In this document: in pieces, positions 33,978 to 40,996 of the stretch | How positions within the stretch are numbered: the stretch's first letter is position 1 | Layout of the letters: the number at the start of each line of letters is the position of its first letter | Program-made: the position numbers and the translations under genes | Assembly (NCBI GenBank): GCA_030040625.1 | Contig: JASHTI010000159.1 | Span: 1-40,996, forward strand | Direction of reading: 5' to 3' | Source: Thermoplasmata archaeon | GTDB lineage: Archaea > Thermoplasmatota > Thermoplasmata > Lutacidiplasmatales > UBA184 | DNA length: 40,996 nucleotides | The notes under the pieces: model-generated | What the model was told of the DNA's origin: nothing | Databases searched by the model: none | What the model saw: only the letters and a program-made list of their open reading frames with translations

Positions 33978-34534
33978 ACGTCCCGGTGATCGACAACGGC
34001 GGGCAGTGGACCCACCGGGAGTGGCGGGTCCTGCGCGACCTCGGCGCCGAGAGCCGGATCGTGCCGAACACCACGCCGCTGGAGGAGCTCAACGCCGATG
34101 GGATCGTCCTCTCCGGGGGCGCGCTCAGCCTGGAGGGCTCGACGGCTCCGCTGGGCCGCGTGGACGAGTGGATCGATCGGGTCGGGGTGCCGGTCCTCGC
34201 GATCTGCGTCGGGCACCAGTTCCTCGGGCGCCACTTCGGCGGCCGGCTCGCCCACGGGGCCCCGGAGTTCGGCTCGGTCGAGCTGACGGTCGACCAGCCC
34301 GACGGGCTGTTCGAGGGACTGCCGTCCCGGCTGAACGTCTGGGCGAGCCACAACGACCACGTCGTGCAGGCACCTCCCGGCTGGACGGTGCTCGCGCACT
34401 CGGCGGCGTGCCCGGTCGAGGCGATGCGAAGCCCGGACCGCCCGCTCTGGGGGGTCCAGTTCCACCCTGAGGTCGCGCACACCGAAGGGGGCCGGGAGAT
34501 CTTCCGCCGATTCCTGGACACCTGCCGTCGCTGA
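33974..34534 (+). CDS. guaAA: GMP synthase (glutamine-hydrolysing) subunit A, class I glutamine amidotransferase (186 aa)
   Basis: VIDNGGQWTHREWRVLRDLG, LSGG, the catalytic ICVGHQ, and GVQFHPEVAHTEGG. This is the archaeal split-GuaA architecture. Confidence 0.9.
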   Translation: MNVPVIDNGGQWTHREWRVLRDLGAESRIVPNTTPLEELNADGIVLSGGALSLEGSTAPLGRVDEWIDRVGVPVLAICVGHQFLGRHFGGRLAHGAPEFGSVELTVDQPDGLFEGLPSRLNVWASHNDHVVQAPPGWTVLAHSAACPVEAMRSPDRPLWGVQFHPEVAHTEGGREIFRRFLDTCRR

Positions 34535-34582
34535 CGAACGACCCCCGGGAATATGTACGGCGGGTAGCTCGACGCGGCGTCG

Positions 34583-36145
34583 ATGCCGCGGATCCGCCGG
34601 GGCTCCGGCCTTCGGGAAGCCGACCTGATCGCCCGGGCGAAGGCGCTGAAGGGGAGCGTCGACCCGCTGCTGCCGAAGCTCACTCCGGACTGCGCGCGCG
34701 AGCGGTTCGACCGGCTGCGCGCCGAGCTGGAGGAGGTCCGCGAGGTCGCGGAGGACGAGAGGCGCCTCGCCCGGCTCGCGCGATGGGGGGATCCGTTCGC
34801 CCGAGCGTACGCCGGGCTCCTCCGCTTCGCCCTCGAGCCGACCGCGCCGGCGGTCGTCTCGTTCCCGACGGCCGGCGGCGACGTCTCCTACGCCCCGCTC
34901 GCGTCGACCGGGCCGGAGGTCCAGGTCGCCGTCCAGCACTCGGACGAGCCGGATCGCCTGCTCCTCGGCTACCTCGACTGGGCCCGCAAGGGGTTCCACT
35001 TCTTCGCGACGCACCGCGCCCTCTGGTGCACCGGCCGCTCGGCGAGCCCGCCGGCGGAGTTCGTGGCCGAGCGCCTCGCCGACCTGCCGTACCGGATGGT
35101 GGAGGAGCCCGGGACGCACCGGTACCGGTGCCCGCACCTGGCCAGCGGGGACCCCCTGCCGTACCTCGAGGTCGGCTGGCCCGGAGCGGGCCTCTCCTTC
35201 CGCCTCTGCCGGCGCTGCGCCAAGGACGACCGCCACCTGCTCGGCTCGCTCTCGGACGGGGCCGCCTCCCCGGCCCCGGAGGAGGAGTTCCCGGTCTCCG
35301 TCGAGCTGAACGTCGACTGCCGCGGGGGCGACGACTGCGTCCACCACGCGCTGCCCGAGGCCCCCCGTCCTCTGATCAAGCGCTACGCGCTCGGCCGCCT
35401 CTCCGACGGCCAGATGCTCTCCGGCTACCTGGACGAGCTCCGCCCGCGGCTCGAGCGGACGCGACGCCGCACGCTCGTCGCCGGCGGCACCTGCTACGGG
35501 GCGGACCTGGACGCCTACCTCGAGGCGCTGCATCCCTCGCCGGTGGAGCGGCGCGCGCTCGCGCTCGTCCTCGAGGGGCTCGAGGGGACGTTCGAGATCG
35601 ACGAGCCGAGCGCCAGCCGGGCGCTGGAACGGCTGTGGGGGACCCACGCCGAGGAGATCGTCGGCGCGATCGTCCCGGACCCGAAGGAGGCCCGGCGCCT
35701 CGTCGAGGAGGCCCGCGGGGCTCCCGGCCGGATCGCGGAGATCCTCAAGCGGTTGCAGCGCCGGGCCGAGCAGCAGGAGCTGCTCGGGACGCTGCCGCGC
35801 TACGAGCGGCTCGCCCGCGAGGCCGCCTGGGCGGACCAGATCGCGCGGGCCTACCGGCTGCAGGGCGAGAGCGGGGCGGAGCGGACCGTCGTCCAGGCGT
35901 TGCCCCGCGAGGGGAAGGAGCGCGGGCTCGCCTTCGGGTTCCTGCTCGCGCTCAACCGCGCTTCGGCGCACGCCTGGCAGTTCACGCCGACCGAGAAGGA
36001 GTTCGGCCAGGCGCTCCAGGAGCGGATCGCCGCCCTCCTCCGGGCCCCCGCCGAGGGCTACCACGACGCGCTGGACGCGCTGCTCCGGGCGGCCGGCGTC
36101 GTCGACTGGGGGCACCGGTCACCGACCAACGACCTTTCGGGATAA
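34583..36145 (+). CDS. large hypothetical protein with Cys/His motifs (520 aa)
   Basis: A clean ORF with good coding character. A TATA-like GAATATGTAC ends 25 nt upstream of the ATG. It contains CPH-x27-CRRC and CRGGDDCVHH, and the C-terminal half is helical. No family recognised. Confidence 0.6.
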   Translation: MPRIRRGSGLREADLIARAKALKGSVDPLLPKLTPDCARERFDRLRAELEEVREVAEDERRLARLARWGDPFARAYAGLLRFALEPTAPAVVSFPTAGGDVSYAPLASTGPEVQVAVQHSDEPDRLLLGYLDWARKGFHFFATHRALWCTGRSASPPAEFVAERLADLPYRMVEEPGTHRYRCPHLASGDPLPYLEVGWPGAGLSFRLCRRCAKDDRHLLGSLSDGAASPAPEEEFPVSVELNVDCRGGDDCVHHALPEAPRPLIKRYALGRLSDGQMLSGYLDELRPRLERTRRRTLVAGGTCYGADLDAYLEALHPSPVERRALALVLEGLEGTFEIDEPSASRALERLWGTHAEEIVGAIVPDPKEARRLVEEARGAPGRIAEILKRLQRRAEQQELLGTLPRYERLAREAAWADQIARAYRLQGESGAERTVVQALPREGKERGLAFGFLLALNRASAHAWQFTPTEKEFGQALQERIAALLRAPAEGYHDALDALLRAAGVVDWGHRSPTNDLSG

Positions 36146-36217
36146 CAATCATATTAGTGATGGGACGATTGCTCCCACGGTGATGTCGGGGCCGGGCCCG
36201 ACCGCCGGGCGCGCCGG

Positions 36218-36610
36218 GTGAACGCAAGCGATGGGTCGCCACCGGCCGCCCTGGTTGTGGCGGCGGACGAGCAGATGCGGATCCTCCTCCGGGGCCTCCT
36301 GCAACTGCACCGCATCCGCGTCGAGGCGGAAGCGGAGGGCCTGACGGAGGCCGTACGACTCCTCCGGGAGCATCGTCCGACGATCATCGTCGCCGACGCC
36401 CACCTCAGCGACGGTTCGGCGACGGAGCTCGTCCGGCTCGCGCGCAGTGCCGTGCCCGGGCTGCGGGTCGTCCTGGTGGCGCCGTCCTCGCGGCCCCCGC
36501 CGGCGGGCCCTCCGGACGGCGCCCCGGACGTCGTGCTCCTCCGCCCGTTCCGGATCCAGCAGTTCGCCGAGGCGGTGCTACCGCGCGGGCCTAGTCCGCC
36601 GCCGAGCTAG
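36218..36610 (+). CDS. stand-alone response-regulator receiver (REC) domain protein, atypical (130 aa, GTG start)
   Basis: LVVAADEQMRILLRGLL ... TIIVADAHLSDGSATELV ... RVVLVAPS ... VVLLRPF follows the CheY-like beta/alpha pattern. Confidence 0.7.
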   Translation: MNASDGSPPAALVVAADEQMRILLRGLLQLHRIRVEAEAEGLTEAVRLLREHRPTIIVADAHLSDGSATELVRLARSAVPGLRVVLVAPSSRPPPAGPPDGAPDVVLLRPFRIQQFAEAVLPRGPSPPPS

Positions 36611-37394
36611 GCCGGTCGGCGGACGGGCGGTCGAGCCGGTACCGCTCGAGCGCGGCCGCCTCCTCGAAGTGGAGCTCCCGCGCCGGGACCACCAGGCAGT
36701 GGAGCGGCGCCCCGAAATCCGTCGCGACCAGCTGCTCGACCGTGCCGTAGAACCCGGCCGCGTCGTCCCGGCCGACGCGGGCCGCGACGGCGAGCCGATC
36801 CCCCGGGGCCACGACCGAGCCGGTCGGGTCCCGCTCCCGCAGCAATCGGATCGCCTCGCCGGCGCCCAGGAACCGCCCGGCGGCCGGTTCGAGGTCGAGC
36901 AGCACGAGCGTATGCAGCCCGCGCTCCCGGTTCGAGCCGATCTGCTCGAGCGGGGAGGTCGGCGCGAATCCCGGGCGCGGGAGCGGCAGCGAGACGGTCC
37001 GCCCGAACCGATAGTGCATCAGCCCGAGGAAGCCGGCGGCCGCGACCAGGATGCTCGCGTTCGGCAGGTACCTCCAGTCGTGGCCGGCGCGCTCGGCGGC
37101 GAGCCGGAGCGCGACGTGGGTCGTCGCGGCGAACGGGTCCCCGACGACCAGCAACGCGACCTGCGGGGCGCCCCGCAACGCCGCGAGGATCGTCGCCTCC
37201 CCCTCGACCTCCGACCGCCCGAGCCGACGGATCGGTCGCCGGAGATCGGCGGCGAGGCGTTCGATCGTCCCGGGGGCGGCGACCGCCGTGTACTCCTCGG
37301 CGAACAGCTCGGCGGAGCGGAGGACCTCGACCGCCCGCCGCGACAGCCCTCGCTCGTCGTCCAGGCCGAGGCCGACGAACCAGAGGACCGCCAT
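36591..37394 (-). CDS. dph5: diphthine synthase (267 aa)
   Basis: LWFVGLGLDDERGLS.RA.E.L..A....AEEYT, LLVVGDPFAATTH and PNASI...AGFLGL..Y.FG are diphthine synthase (tetrapyrrole-methylase fold) hallmarks. Confidence 0.88.
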   Translation of the reverse strand: MAVLWFVGLGLDDERGLSRRAVEVLRSAELFAEEYTAVAAPGTIERLAADLRRPIRRLGRSEVEGEATILAALRGAPQVALLVVGDPFAATTHVALRLAAERAGHDWRYLPNASILVAAAGFLGLMHYRFGRTVSLPLPRPGFAPTSPLEQIGSNRERGLHTLVLLDLEPAAGRFLGAGEAIRLLRERDPTGSVVAPGDRLAVAARVGRDDAAGFYGTVEQLVATDFGAPLHCLVVPARELHFEEAAALERYRLDRPSADRPSSAAD

Positions 37395-37409
37395 CGTCGG
37401 CGCCGCGGG

Positions 37410-38207
37410 CTAGCTCCGGATCGCGAGGACCGGGCACGGTGCGCTCCGGAAGAGCGCCTCGAGGAAGCGGCGGGTGAGCAGCGCCCCTCCGGCGACCGGC
37501 TCCTCGCCGATGAGCAGCAGCCCGTAGCGCTCGCGCGCGGCGGCCTGGAGGATCACATCAGGCAGCCGCCGGCGACGGCCGAGCAGCGAGCCGGTGAGCG
37601 GGGACGGGCGGACCTCCAGCGGCACTCCGCGGCTCGAGCGGCCGCCGCCCGCGCCGTCGGCGCTCCCCTCGGGACCGAGCGCGAGCGTCACGATCGGCAC
37701 CCCCCCGGCCTTCACGGAGAGCTGTTCGGCGAGCGCGAGGGCGCGGGGCGACGGGCGGGCCCCGAAGGTCGGGACCAGGACCCGGGGGACCGCGCCCGTG
37801 GCGAGCGCGAGGCGGTTGACGACCAGGACGTCCGAGCGCGCGTGCTGCAGCAGCGCGGTCGCGGTGTGCCCGACGAACGGGTTGCGGCTCCGCCGGTCGC
37901 CGCGGAGGCTGAAGATGATCGCGTCGACGTTGTGGTTCTCCGCGCTCTCCAGGATCTCACCGGCGACGTCGGTCGCGGCGCGCACCTCCGGGTCGACCCG
38001 GACGTCGAGCACCGCGCCGATCTCGTGGGCGGGCACGACCAGGTTCACCGACGAGCGCCACTCCCGGGTCACCTCGGGGAGCGTCGTCGTCGGGATCACG
38101 TGGAGGACCCGGATCTCGCCGTCCGGCTCCAGCAGCTGCGCCGCGAACCGGACGAGCGGCTCGACCTCGGCGGCGACCTGCACCGGTACGAGGATCTGGC
38201 GGTACAT
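37410..38207 (-). CDS. tandem universal stress protein (UspA) domain protein (265 aa); KdpQ-like by position
   Basis: Two Usp units (YRQILVPV...HVIP... and VLVPTFG...LLLIGE...). The ATG shares one nucleotide with the kdpC stop (TGATG). Confidence 0.75.
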   Translation of the reverse strand: MYRQILVPVQVAAEVEPLVRFAAQLLEPDGEIRVLHVIPTTTLPEVTREWRSSVNLVVPAHEIGAVLDVRVDPEVRAATDVAGEILESAENHNVDAIIFSLRGDRRSRNPFVGHTATALLQHARSDVLVVNRLALATGAVPRVLVPTFGARPSPRALALAEQLSVKAGGVPIVTLALGPEGSADGAGGGRSSRGVPLEVRPSPLTGSLLGRRRRLPDVILQAAARERYGLLLIGEEPVAGGALLTRRFLEALFRSAPCPVLAIRS

Positions 38208-38839
38208 CAGCAGAGGCCCTCCGACGCCAGGAGAGCGATGTCCAGCTCAAGAACGTTCACGAACGGGACCCCGAGGAACGGGAGGGGCGGCTCGGTGATG
38301 TGCGCGTTGACGAGGCTCGTCAGCGCGGCGACCGCGAGGCCGGTGGCGACGCTGATCCGCGGGATCTGGACGAGCGTCGCGGAGGGGGTCAGGTCGGGGT
38401 CGACGTCCGAGGCGCTCGGGGCGACCCACCAGAACGGCAGCGTCGCCGTCGGCGAGGTGTTGCCGGTCGCGTTCTCGGCGCGCATCCAGGCGAGGGTCTC
38501 GTTGAGGAGCGCCAGCAGCGCCGGGTCGGTCGGTCCGGGCGGCGTGTCCGCCCCGAGCGTCGTGTTGTAGTCCGTCAGCGAGGGCCGGGACCAGAAGAGG
38601 CCGGGGCCCAGCTTGCCCTGCGACATGTTCTGGGCGATGTCGGCGGAGCCGACGACGGTGCCGTTCGGGCAGCGGAGGAGCGAGCCGTTCGCCGCGGACG
38701 GGTCGATCGCCTGCGCCACCGCCGTGACGAACCAGGGGTAGGCGAGGCCGGTCACGAGGATGGCGAGCACGAGGAAGACGCCGGCGGCCCGGACGTGGGT
38801 CGTCCAGCGGTGCGCCGGTGGCTCCGCGTCCGCGCTCAT
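38207..38839 (-). CDS. kdpC: potassium-transporting ATPase subunit C (about 210 aa)
   Basis: An N-terminal TM helix, FWSRPS, DVDPDLTPSATLVQIPRIS and VPFVNVLELDIAL match KdpC. The ATG at 38839 overlaps the kdpB stop as ATGA. The 446-aa track ORF is an artefactual 5' extension. Confidence 0.85.
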   Translation of the reverse strand: MSADAEPPAHRWTTHVRAAGVFLVLAILVTGLAYPWFVTAVAQAIDPSAANGSLLRCPNGTVVGSADIAQNMSQGKLGPGLFWSRPSLTDYNTTLGADTPPGPTDPALLALLNETLAWMRAENATGNTSPTATLPFWWVAPSASDVDPDLTPSATLVQIPRISVATGLAVAALTSLVNAHITEPPLPFLGVPFVNVLELDIALLASEGLC

Positions 38840-40977
38840 CGGCCTCCCAGCGGGAGCCAGCGGGCGACGAGCGCCCCGATGCCGTGGACGAAGGCGAGCC
38901 CGTCCAGGTAGCCGAGGAGCAGGTAGCAGAGCCAGATCCCGACGAACGCGCTCACGAGTCCTCCGAGCCCGTAGGTGAGCATGTTCCTCCGCAGCAGGTC
39001 GATCGCGCTCCGCGGCCGGAACGGCACGCCGGCGAGCGCGAGGGGGATCAGGATCGGGATGATGAGCGCATTGAAGACGAGCGCGGCGAGGACGGCGCGG
39101 TACGGGTCGGCGAAGCCCAGCACGTTCAGGGCCGCGATCCCGGGGAGGGTCACCGCCCCGGCGGTCGCGAAGATCGCGGGAATGATCACGAAGTACTTCG
39201 CGACGTCGTTCGTGATCGAGAAGGTCGTCAGCGCCCCGCGCGTGATCAGCAGCTGCTTGCCGATGGAGACGACCTCGATCAGCTTGGTCGGGTCGTTGTC
39301 GAGGTCGACCATGTTGCCGGCCTCCTTGGCCGCGCTCGTCCCGCTGTTCATGGCGAGGCCGACGTCGGCCCGGGCGAGCGCCGGCGCGTCGTTCGTCCCG
39401 TCCCCGGTCATGGCGACCAGTCGGCCGGCGCTCTTCTCCCGCTGGATCAACTCGAGCTTCGTTTCGGGCCGGGCCTCCGCGACGAACTCGTCGACCCCGC
39501 TCTCCTGGGCGATCGCCGCCGCCGTCAGGCGGTTGTCGCCCGTGCACATGATCGTCCGGATCCCCATCGTCCGCAATTCCCGGATCCGGTCGCGGATCCC
39601 CGGCTTCACGACGTCCTTCAGGATGACGAGGCCGACCACGCGCTTGTTGACGGCGATGGCGAGCGGGGTCATCCCGCCCTTCGCGGCATTGTCGGCCGCG
39701 GTGCGGGTGACGTCGGCGAGGGGCGCGCCGAAGGCCTCCATCGCGCTGACGGCCCCCTTGTAGAACTCGGTGCCGTCGGCGAGGAGCAGGCCGCTCATCC
39801 GACGTTCGGTCGTGAACGGCATCACCTTGAACGTTCCGGGCTCGAGCCGGCGGGCCGTCCCGCTGCGCCGGGCCGCGAGCCGGACGATCGAGCGGCCCTC
39901 GGGGGTCTCGTCCAGCGTCGAGCTGAGCAGGGCCGCCTCCAGGAGCTCCGGCGGCTCGACACCCGGCGCCGCCACGAACTGGACGGCGAGGCGGCTGCCG
40001 ACGGTGATCGTCCCGGTCTTGTCGAGGATCAGGACGTCCAGGTCGCCGGAGGCCTCGACCGCCTTGCCCGACTTCGCGATGATGTTCGCCCGGGCGACCC
40101 GGTTGACCCCGGAGATCCCGATCGCCGGCAGCAGCGCGCCGATCGTCGTCGGCATCAGGCAGACGAACAGCGCGATGATCGTGGCGAGGTCGACGGTGAC
40201 GATGCCGGAGAAGTTCGCGAGGTAGACGAACGAGACGCAGACGATGAACAGCGTGATCGTGAACGCGGAGAGGAGCACGCTGAGGGCGATCTCGCTCGGC
40301 GTCGGCTCGCGCCCGAGCCCCTCCACGAGGCGGATCAGGCGGTCGAGGAACGACTCCCCGCGAGCCGCGCTGACCCGGATCCGGACCGTCCCCTGGAGGA
40401 CCTGCGTCCCGCCGAGGACGCTCGTCTTGTCGCCGCCGCTCTCGCGGACGACCGGCTCGCTCTCGCCGGTCATCATCGCCTCGTCGATCAGCGCGGCCCC
40501 GTGGACGACGTCCCCATCGAGCGGGACCGGCTCACCGGCCCGCACCTCGACATGATCGCCGACGTGCAGGACGTCCGACGGGACCCAGCGGACCTCGCCG
40601 TCCGGCAGGACCTGGCGGGCCCGGATGCCGCTCCGGATCGTCCGGAGGCTCTCGGCCTGGGCGCGGCCCTGGGCCTCGGCGATGGCGTCCGAGAGGTTCG
40701 CGAACCAGACCGTCAGGACGAGGATGACGGCGATGGCGAGGTAGTAGCCGGCGTGGTAGGTCCGGGCGATGTCCGGGAACGCCCGGGGGTAGACCGTGAC
40801 GACGGCGACGAAGAGGAAGAGGACGAACACGCAGAACATCAGCGGCCGCCGCAGCTGGTGGCGAAGGCCGAAGTAGCGGAACGAGTCGGCGAGGACGCGC
40901 CGGGCCGACGTGTGGGGCCGGCGCCGGACCGAGACCCGGGCGCCGGGCTCGATCGTGAACGGAGGCTCGGCGGACAC
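38836..40977 (-). CDS. kdpB: potassium-transporting P-type ATPase subunit B (713 aa, GTG start)
   Basis: P-type motifs TGES, LDKTGTIT, MCTGDN and MTGDGTNDAPALA, with overall KdpB topology. kdpA is presumably just beyond the window edge. Confidence 0.95.
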   Translation of the reverse strand: MSAEPPFTIEPGARVSVRRRPHTSARRVLADSFRYFGLRHQLRRPLMFCVFVLFLFVAVVTVYPRAFPDIARTYHAGYYLAIAVILVLTVWFANLSDAIAEAQGRAQAESLRTIRSGIRARQVLPDGEVRWVPSDVLHVGDHVEVRAGEPVPLDGDVVHGAALIDEAMMTGESEPVVRESGGDKTSVLGGTQVLQGTVRIRVSAARGESFLDRLIRLVEGLGREPTPSEIALSVLLSAFTITLFIVCVSFVYLANFSGIVTVDLATIIALFVCLMPTTIGALLPAIGISGVNRVARANIIAKSGKAVEASGDLDVLILDKTGTITVGSRLAVQFVAAPGVEPPELLEAALLSSTLDETPEGRSIVRLAARRSGTARRLEPGTFKVMPFTTERRMSGLLLADGTEFYKGAVSAMEAFGAPLADVTRTAADNAAKGGMTPLAIAVNKRVVGLVILKDVVKPGIRDRIRELRTMGIRTIMCTGDNRLTAAAIAQESGVDEFVAEARPETKLELIQREKSAGRLVAMTGDGTNDAPALARADVGLAMNSGTSAAKEAGNMVDLDNDPTKLIEVVSIGKQLLITRGALTTFSITNDVAKYFVIIPAIFATAGAVTLPGIAALNVLGFADPYRAVLAALVFNALIIPILIPLALAGVPFRPRSAIDLLRRNMLTYGLGGLVSAFVGIWLCYLLLGYLDGLAFVHGIGALVARWLPLGGR

Positions 40978-40996
40978 CGGGCGCTACCCTCCTCCG

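Noticed and set aside
38207-39547. The 446-aa track ORF upstream-extended from kdpC into kdpB.
   Set aside because: Only the last 210 residues look like KdpC. The extension is Arg/Asp/Pro junk lying out of frame inside kdpB, and the ATG at 38839 overlaps the kdpB stop.
1-40996. Searched for CRISPR repeats, long direct or tandem repeats, IS elements, integrases, toxin-antitoxin pairs and recognisable defence genes.
   Set aside because: I saw no regularly spaced repeats, no transposase, integrase or recombinase-like translations, no flanking direct repeats and no low-GC island larger than a promoter. The window looks like core chromosome.

Overview
This is a ~41 kb, roughly 70% GC, densely coding chromosomal segment from an archaeon. 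The archaeal assignment rests on a uS13-uS4-uS11-Rpo3 block, Pelota, TrmY, diphthine synthase, a split GMP synthase subunit A and a Tes-like tetraether lipid synthase. A Thermoplasmatota-like uncultured euryarchaeon is my guess only. Most of the window is housekeeping or transport: citrate synthase, MFS transporters, DnaJ, formate-THF ligase, a CPA2 antiporter, thiolase/DUF35, UbiX and kdpBC plus a Usp gene. I recognised no rRNA, tRNA, CRISPR array, transposase or integrase. Many long ORFs in the track are Arg/Gly/Pro-rich antisense artefacts of the high GC content, and several track ORFs needed 5' trimming. AT-rich islands are rare and sit almost exactly 23-30 nt upstream of start codons, which suggests TATA boxes driving leaderless mRNAs. 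Four loci deserve a second look. (1) A self-promoted two-gene module at 24599-27488 encodes two membrane proteins that share a TM-hairpin / PH-like / zinc-ribbon architecture. One of them carries a six-bladed Kelch ectodomain, and the module lies next to a PadR-ABC-2 exporter operon with a perfect 16-bp palindromic operator. (2) A single-chain tandem ribbon-helix-helix protein is coupled to a divergent, tail-less FtsZ paralog. It sits behind an AT-rich promoter with two TGTCnGAC palindromes 22 bp apart, an arrangement resembling cdrS-ftsZ2. (3) A DUF35 protein has a Cys-less thiolase-fold-like N-terminal extension and is coupled to a thiolase, which is divergent from ubiX. (4) Several orphan proteins stand out: a 520-aa Cys-motif protein, an atypical receiver domain, and a uS13 with long low-complexity extensions. 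All functional calls come from reading the translations by eye; no database search was run.
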